From Actinomycetota bacterium (GTDB lineage: Bacteria > Actinomycetota > Acidimicrobiia > Acidimicrobiales > Ilumatobacteraceae): DNA of 59,515 bases. Location of the stretch: the NCBI GenBank assembly GCA_046074785.1, contig JBJTOX010000071.1, forward strand, positions 1 to 59,515. The letters run 5' to 3'. The position numbers and the translations under genes are program-made. Below are positions 54,053-59,515 of the stretch, piece after piece; position 1 is the stretch's first letter, and every line of letters begins with the position of its first letter. The notes under the pieces were generated by a model. The model was not told the origin of the DNA and made no database searches. It saw only the letters and a program-made list of their open reading frames with translations.

Positions 54053-55390
54053 TCAGACTTCGTCGTAGTACTCGCGGCCGAGGTGGGTGATTTGTTCTTC
54101 ACCCATCATCCAGCGCAAGGTGTTCTTCAACTTCGTCAGCTGGATGAAGAGGTCGTGCTCGGGGTAGAGCCCTTCGGCGACTTGTGGGCTCTTGTAATAG
54201 AAGGAGAGCCACTCTTGGATTCCGCCAAGGCCGGCACGCTGCGCCAGATCGGAGAACAACACGAGGTCGAGCGCGAGTGGTGCGGCAAGAATCGAGTCGC
54301 GGCACAGGAAGTCAACCTTGATCTGCATCGGGTAGCCGAGCCATCCGAAGATGTCGATGTTGTCCCATCCTTCTTTGTTGTCACCACGAGGCGGGTAGTA
54401 ATTGATGCGAACTTTGTGGAAGACGTTTCCGTAGAGCTCCGGATACTTCTCGGGCTGCAGGATGTGCTCGAGCACGCCGAGCTTTGATTCTTCTTTCGTC
54501 TTGAAGTTCTCCGGATCGTCGAGCACTTCGCCGTCACGGTTGCCGAGGATGTTCGTGGAGTACCAGCCGGAGAGTCCGAGCATGCGCGCCTTCAACATTG
54601 GCGCAATCACGGTCTTCACCATGGTCTGACCGGTCTTGAAGTCCTTGCCGCTGATGGCAACGCCTTTCTTCGTGGCGAGGTCGCGGAGCACGGGAGTATC
54701 GACCGCGAGATTCGGCGCGCCGTTTGCAAATGGGATCCCTTCGAGGATCGCCGCATATGCGTAGAGCATCGACGGGGCGATGGTTGGATCGTTGGCGTCG
54801 ATGGCCTTCTCAAAGGCCTCGAGGTTCTGGTGAGCGGGACCTGGCTCAATGAACTTCTCGGTCGAAGCGCACCAGATCATCACCATGCGATCGACTTTCT
54901 TCTCGTCGCGGAAGCGATGGATGTCCTCGCGAATCGCGTTGAGCATCGCGCGCTTGCTGATGGTGCCGATGGTGTTGTCGGCATTGATGTTCTTCACGTA
55001 CTCACGGTCGAACGCCGCCTTCATCGGCCGGATGGAACGCAGTGTGTCGGAGATTGCCTCGATGTGCTTCGGGCCTTCGAGCACCCCGGCACGCTGCGCC
55101 GCAACGTAGGCGTCATCCGGGAACGGATCCCATGCACCCCACTCGATGTCTTCCAACTTGGCGAGCGGTACGAAATCTTTGATGAACGGCGAGCGGTTCT
55201 CGGTGCGCTTTCCGAGCCGGATGGTGCCCATCTGGGCGAGCGATCCAATCGGAGCGGCCATACCGCGCTTGGCCAGTTCGACACCGGCGATGAGGGTGCT
55301 CGACACTGCGCCAAGTCCGACGGTGAGTACACCGAGCTTTCCCGTGGCGGGTGCGATCTTGCGGGCTGAACCAGAGGAAGTCGGTGACAT
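54053..55390 (-). CDS. ino1: myo-Inositol-1-phosphate (inositol-3-phosphate) synthase
   Basis: 445 aa. N-terminal Rossmann GVLTVGLGAVSSTLIAG, central FANGAPN, KDFKTGQT, and WYSTNILGNRDG (equivalent to the SYNHLGNNDG region). Confidence 0.8.
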   Translation of the reverse strand: MSPTSSGSARKIAPATGKLGVLTVGLGAVSSTLIAGVELAKRGMAAPIGSLAQMGTIRLGKRTENRSPFIKDFVPLAKLEDIEWGAWDPFPDDAYVAAQRAGVLEGPKHIEAISDTLRSIRPMKAAFDREYVKNINADNTIGTISKRAMLNAIREDIHRFRDEKKVDRMVMIWCASTEKFIEPGPAHQNLEAFEKAIDANDPTIAPSMLYAYAAILEGIPFANGAPNLAVDTPVLRDLATKKGVAISGKDFKTGQTMVKTVIAPMLKARMLGLSGWYSTNILGNRDGEVLDDPENFKTKEESKLGVLEHILQPEKYPELYGNVFHKVRINYYPPRGDNKEGWDNIDIFGWLGYPMQIKVDFLCRDSILAAPLALDLVLFSDLAQRAGLGGIQEWLSFYYKSPQVAEGLYPEHDLFIQLTKLKNTLRWMMGEEQITHLGREYYDEV

Positions 55391-55446
55391 GATGCTCCTT
55401 CGCGCAAAGCGCGGCCTTCTTAGCCTATTCCCGTGTCCGCAATAGC

Positions 55447-56328
55447 GTGAAAGCGATGACTGATGGCACGCGCACCACTGGCGGGGCGCTGTTGCTTGAC
55501 GGGATATCGATGCGTGACCGCATCATTGCCGATGTTCGTCGAACGATCGCAGGTTCATCCGATGTGCCGTGCCTTGCAACCGTGCTGATTGGCGACGATG
55601 AGCCCTCGAAGGTGTACGTACGCAACAAGCACAAGCAAGCCCAGTTGGCCGGCATGTCCAGTCGCAATGAGACGTTGCCGAGCACGACGACCCAGGCCGA
55701 AGCCGAGGATCTCATCGGTCGTCTTGCTGCCGATGATTCAGTAAGTGGAATCATCGTGCAGCAACCAGTGCCTGCTCACTTGGATGGCGAGAAGTTGTTG
55801 TCGTTGATTCCGTTCGAGAAAGACGTCGACGGCCTTACGACTGCATCAATGGGCAGGTTGTTGCGTGGAGTCGATTCGTTGGTGCCGTGTACACCGCTCG
55901 GTGTACTGCGTTTGCTGCAGCACTACGGGGCACCGACCGTCGGAAAGCGCGCCGTAGTTGTAGGCCGCTCGACGCTGGTTGGTTTGCCGATGGCCGTGTT
56001 GCTTGCACGAAAGGGAGTGGACGCGACGGTGACGATTGCCCACAGTCGCACGGAAGATCTCGCGAAGGTATGCAGGGAGGCCGACATCCTCGTGTCGGCC
56101 ACTGGTCAGGCGCACAGCATCCGGCGCGAACATGTGAAACCTGGTGCCTGGGTGATTGACGTCGGAATCTCACGCAGCGGGAAGGGCATCGTCGGTGACG
56201 TTGACTTTGACGAAGTGCAGTCGGTTGCAGCGGCAATCACTCCAATGCCTGGTGGCACGGGGCCGATGACGGTTGCTTGTCTCGTGGAGAACACGCTGAC
56301 AGCGTGGCGGCGTCAACGCGGGCATTGA
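55447..56328 (+). CDS. folD: Bifunctional methylenetetrahydrofolate dehydrogenase/cyclohydrolase
   Basis: VYVRNKHKQ, VVGRSTLVGLPMA, PMPGGTGPMTVA. Start is GTG 55447 or ATG 55456. Confidence 0.9.
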   Translation: MKAMTDGTRTTGGALLLDGISMRDRIIADVRRTIAGSSDVPCLATVLIGDDEPSKVYVRNKHKQAQLAGMSSRNETLPSTTTQAEAEDLIGRLAADDSVSGIIVQQPVPAHLDGEKLLSLIPFEKDVDGLTTASMGRLLRGVDSLVPCTPLGVLRLLQHYGAPTVGKRAVVVGRSTLVGLPMAVLLARKGVDATVTIAHSRTEDLAKVCREADILVSATGQAHSIRREHVKPGAWVIDVGISRSGKGIVGDVDFDEVQSVAAAITPMPGGTGPMTVACLVENTLTAWRRQRGH

Positions 56329-56940
56329 TCAGTTCGCGAGTTCTCGCATCACCAGCACGCTGAGGTGGCGTTGCACCTGAGCACCCGAAAGACCTCGCTC
56401 TCTGGTCAGGTGCTCCCACAGTTCAAACGAGAGCGCCGCGGCAATTCGTAGCACGGCACCATGTCGATCGGGAAGCGTTCGAAGTTCGTTGGCAAACGTC
56501 TCGTGCACCTGTCGGTCGAGCACGTAGTGCAAACGCTGCTTAGCCGTACGAACGGTGTGTGACCGGGCCAAATCGGCTCTTCCCCTGGCTGCGCGACGTA
56601 GTGGCGACAAGCGGCAGAACAGCTGATGACGCTGGGTGACGAGAGCTCGCACACGCTGGTCGAGTTCATCATGTGGGTCGATCGCGACGATGAGACCGGC
56701 GATTTTCGGCTCGAGTCGACGGATGATCTCGCCATACAACTTCTCGGTATCACCGAAGTGATGAAACACCGTGCGAACGCCGACGTTGGCGCGCTTTGCT
56801 ATCTCATGGACTCGCGGAAAGCCCGACCCTTCGAGCACCAGCGCAATCATCGCATCGGCGATGGCGGTCTTGGTGCGCCGAGCGCGTGCCGATTGGGCTT
56901 CGTTGATTCGGTCGGACTTCGTCGAAGCGTCGACGTTCAT
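56329..56940 (-). CDS. TetR/AcrR family transcriptional regulator
   Basis: N-terminal HTH (IADAMIALVLEGSGFPRVHEIAKRANVGVRTVFHHF) and a helical C-terminal domain. The start is 5 nt after the upstream dehalogenase stop. Confidence 0.85.
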   Translation of the reverse strand: MNVDASTKSDRINEAQSARARRTKTAIADAMIALVLEGSGFPRVHEIAKRANVGVRTVFHHFGDTEKLYGEIIRRLEPKIAGLIVAIDPHDELDQRVRALVTQRHQLFCRLSPLRRAARGRADLARSHTVRTAKQRLHYVLDRQVHETFANELRTLPDRHGAVLRIAAALSFELWEHLTRERGLSGAQVQRHLSVLVMRELAN

Positions 56941-56945
56941 GGCAA

Positions 56946-57857
56946 CTACGGATTGTGTGTGATGAACTCGTTCACGACGCTGGCGAGATCTTCACCGGCA
57001 TCTTCTTGAAGGAAGTGACCGGCATTCACGATGGTGGTATGCGGTTGGCCTTTCGTACCCGGGACTCGTTCTTGAAATGCTCGATCGCCGCCACGGGTAA
57101 TGGCATCGGAGTCACTGAATGCGGTGAGCACCGGTTTGTCGAAATGCTCGAGAACCTTCCATGCCGCTTGGTTTGCCTGCGAAGAAGGATCATCAAGACT
57201 GATCGGAACCAGCGCCGGAAAGGCCCGGGCGCCGGCCTTGTAGGTGTCGTCGGGAAACGGCGCATCGTATGCAGCCACCACTTCCGCCGACAACGGCCGA
57301 CGCGCACATCCGCCCTCGACGATGCGACCCACGTTGAATACCGGCACCTCTTGGCTGTACTTACGCCACGCCATGAACGCATCACTCGGCGGTCGGTCAC
57401 CAACGGGCAGGAACGTGTTGGCAACGACGAGCCTGTCGAAGCGGTCGGGATATGCCGCAAGTAGTCGTAGGCCGATGAGTCCGCCCCAGTCTTGACAGAC
57501 GAGCGTGAGATGGCGCAGGTCGTTGGCGACGAGCCAGTCACTCATCCACGTGACGTGTCGTTCGTAGGTGTAATCGCTCACTGACGTTGGCTTGTCGCTA
57601 CGACCAAAGCCCACCAAGTCGGGCGCGATCACTCGATGTCCTGCCTTCACGAAGTGCGGAATCATCTTTCGATAGAGGTACGACCAGCTCGGCTCACCAT
57701 GCATGCACAACAACACATTGCTTGCATCGTGCGGACCGGTGTCAACGTGCGCGATGCGCAATGGCACGTGGCCTTGGTGAACTTCGGTGTACGTGGGTTC
57801 GTACGGCCACTCAGGGAGGTTCGCGAAGCGTTCATCGGGGGTTCGTACCGTTTGCAT
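56946..57857 (-). CDS. Haloalkane dehalogenase-like alpha/beta hydrolase
   Basis: About 304 aa from ATG 57857. Motifs: FANLPEWPYEP, HGEPSWSYLYR, nucleophile VCQDWGG, and C-terminal GHFLQED. Confidence 0.75.
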   Translation of the reverse strand: MQTVRTPDERFANLPEWPYEPTYTEVHQGHVPLRIAHVDTGPHDASNVLLCMHGEPSWSYLYRKMIPHFVKAGHRVIAPDLVGFGRSDKPTSVSDYTYERHVTWMSDWLVANDLRHLTLVCQDWGGLIGLRLLAAYPDRFDRLVVANTFLPVGDRPPSDAFMAWRKYSQEVPVFNVGRIVEGGCARRPLSAEVVAAYDAPFPDDTYKAGARAFPALVPISLDDPSSQANQAAWKVLEHFDKPVLTAFSDSDAITRGGDRAFQERVPGTKGQPHTTIVNAGHFLQEDAGEDLASVVNEFITHNP

Positions 57858-57860
57858 GTC

Positions 57861-57877
57861 TTGCACTGTACGTGCAA
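57861..57877. promoter_or_regulatory. Perfect inverted repeat TTGCAC-N5-GTGCAA, candidate TetR operator
   Basis: ttgcac (57861-57866), tgtac, gtgcaa (57872-57877). It lies 4-20 nt upstream of the dehalogenase ATG on the minus strand. Confidence 0.35.
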
Positions 57878-58099
57878 ATAGTTGCTGATTCACAAGCGGA
57901 GCGGTGCAACAACGATGAGCCTTGCGCAATTGTTTTGTCACACGTCGTAACACAACCTTTCACGTTCACTCGTGCTTGACGCACTGCACGAACGCGCGAC
58001 GCCGGAGTATTACGGGACGCTCGGCATCACTTCACTGCTGTTTTCAAATCGTTGAAGTGCGATGTGACAGGAGTCGTTCGTTGTTGATACGACCCGTTG

Positions 58100-59515
58100 A
58101 TGTCTCTATCTTCGGCGGGCGTGTCAGCACGTCATCGCTCACTCATCCTCCCCACGACGATCATCGCGCTCTCCGGAGTGCTCGTCGCCCAGCGAGTGGC
58201 GGCAGATACGGCTGGCACGTCGGTGACCCAGGCGGATGGGTCACCGACCCAGATCGCTGCATTGGCTCGTTACCTGACGGCGGGTGAGGCACACACCTGC
58301 GTCGTGCTCGACGACGGCTCGCTGAAGTGTTTCGGTTCCAACGGTTCTGGTCAGATCGGTTCAGGTCTTGTGCCGACTGGCGCGGCTGCTTCGCTCGGTG
58401 ATGCCGCGGGAGAGATGGGCGATGCACTCTTGCCTGTCAGCCTCGGAGCTGGTCGAACCGTGCGTGCCGTGACCGCCGGGGCGCTGCACACGTGCGTGCT
58501 ACTCGACGATGCCAGCGTCAAGTGTTTTGGCGAAGGCGACAACGGCCGACTTGGCAGTGGTTCGACAGCCGACATCGGCCGCAGTGCCGGGTCGATGGGG
58601 GATGCTCTTCGCGCCGTAGATCTCGGCACGGGTCGCACCGCGCGAGCGATTGCTGCTGGAGCAGCCCACACATGCGCTCTGCTCGATGATCACACGGTGA
58701 AGTGTTGGGGAGCGAACGGCGACGGGCAACTTGGTGTTGGTGATATCGATTCACGTGGCGATGCACCGGGTGAGATGGGTGACGCCTTGCCGGCTGTGAA
58801 TCTTGGGCTTGCAACCGGTGTTCGCGTCACGGCAATCACCGCGGGCGATGCGCACACGTGTGTGTTGACCTCAAACGGCGCCGTGAAGTGCTGGGGTTTT
58901 GGCGCCAATGGTCGACTCGGTTACGGCGACGAAGTATCGCGTGGCGACGACCCGAGTTCGATGGGAACGGCACTGGCAACCATTGACCTTGGCAGCGGTC
59001 GCACTGCGAAGGCAATCGCAGCCGGTGCAGCGCACACGTGTGCGATACGAGACACGAATGATGTGGTGTGTTGGGGAACAGGCGCGACGGGTCGCCTCGG
59101 TACGGGAAACGAAAACGACATTGCCAACGAGAGCGGGGAGATGGGGGATGCTTTGGTGGCGGTGCCACTTGGTACGGGACGTACTGCGGTTGCAATTTCT
59201 GCTGGTGCAGCGCATACCTGTGTAGTGCTCGATAACGGGACTGCGAAATGTTGGGGAAGCGGAATCAGTGGCCGACTAGGCACAGGCAATACTTCCGCAG
59301 TCGGTAATGAACCCGGCGAACTCGGCGACGCACTTTCGCCGATTGCGCTGGGTTCAGGTCGCACGGTGCGTGCGATGATTGCCAGTGTCGCCCACACCTG
59401 TGTCGTGCTCGACACTGCAGCACTCAAATGTTTCGGTCTTGGGTCGAATGGTCGTCTCGGCTACGGCAACACTGTCACGCTCGGTGACGCCGTCAGCGAG
59501 ATGGGCGACAACCTC
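58100..59515 (+). CDS. Secreted RCC1-repeat (beta-propeller) protein, 3-prime partial at window end
   Basis: This frame is open from ATG 58100 to the window end (472 codons) and is absent from the ORF track because it has no stop. Signal peptide: RHRSLILPTTIIALSGVLVAQRVAA. Seven repeats follow, each with the pattern HTC.(V/L)LD.G..KC(W/F)G.N..G(Q/R)LG.G ... GEMGD.L..V.LG.GRT(A/V).AI.AG. Confidence 0.8.
   Translation, partial: MSLSSAGVSARHRSLILPTTIIALSGVLVAQRVAADTAGTSVTQADGSPTQIAALARYLTAGEAHTCVVLDDGSLKCFGSNGSGQIGSGLVPTGAAASLGDAAGEMGDALLPVSLGAGRTVRAVTAGALHTCVLLDDASVKCFGEGDNGRLGSGSTADIGRSAGSMGDALRAVDLGTGRTARAIAAGAAHTCALLDDHTVKCWGANGDGQLGVGDIDSRGDAPGEMGDALPAVNLGLATGVRVTAITAGDAHTCVLTSNGAVKCWGFGANGRLGYGDEVSRGDDPSSMGTALATIDLGSGRTAKAIAAGAAHTCAIRDTNDVVCWGTGATGRLGTGNENDIANESGEMGDALVAVPLGTGRTAVAISAGAAHTCVVLDNGTAKCWGSGISGRLGTGNTSAVGNEPGELGDALSPIALGSGRTVRAMIASVAHTCVVLDTAALKCFGLGSNGRLGYGNTVTLGDAVSEMGDNL
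58280..59515 (+). repeat. Tandem 60-65-codon RCC1 blade repeats (coding)
   Basis: Seven HTC-centred repeat units are counted in the translation. The periodicity also generates the series of minus-strand shadow ORFs at 58161-59427. Confidence 0.75.

Noticed and set aside
58161-59427. A series of minus-strand ORFs (88-168 aa) with repetitive sequences at the window end.
   Set aside because: They are the antisense image of the RCC1 blade repeats. The plus-strand frame has a signal peptide and textbook RCC1 periodicity.
58280-59515. Regular DNA periodicity that could be mistaken for a CRISPR or tandem-repeat array.
   Set aside because: The repeat units are 180-195 nt, imperfect, and in an open reading frame encoding RCC1 blades. 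There are no short identical repeats with unique spacers.

Overview
High-GC, very gene-dense chromosomal segment with about 60 protein genes, 2 tRNAs and almost no non-coding DNA. It looks actinobacterial: ispD-ispF-rlmB synteny, lgt/lnt, ino1, gatCAB, and many abutting or overlapping divergent starts. Any finer taxonomic placement would be a guess. Most content is housekeeping or ordinary accessory metabolism: DNA alkylation repair (tag, YcaQ/AlkZ-like), cyclophilin, L,D-transpeptidase, copper P-type ATPase, MEP pathway, gatCAB, ilvD, folD, ino1, an alpha-galactoside uptake and utilisation locus with galT, lipoprotein maturation genes, and a carotenoid-tailoring group (GT2, CrtA-like, crtZ). 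I saw no rRNA, CRISPR array, transposase, integrase, prophage genes or recognisable defence genes. The long ORFs on the strand opposite real genes look like high-GC shadow frames, and several track ORFs carry spurious N-terminal extensions; I trimmed these using family-typical N-termini and neighbouring stop codons. The element least explained by known families is a 487-aa three-module orphan protein (10216-11679, minus strand) coupled to a yceI-like gene. Other items worth a second look:
- a tRNA-Lys abutting the copA start codon by one nucleotide
- a sigma-like HTH protein overlapping the copA 3-prime end
- a methyltransferase/alpha-toroid fusion next to a GT4 glycosyltransferase
- a phased operator-like repeat array in the DeoR/ABC intergenic region
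All family calls rest on motif and pattern recognition by eye. No database search was run, and start codons are often uncertain by tens of nucleotides.
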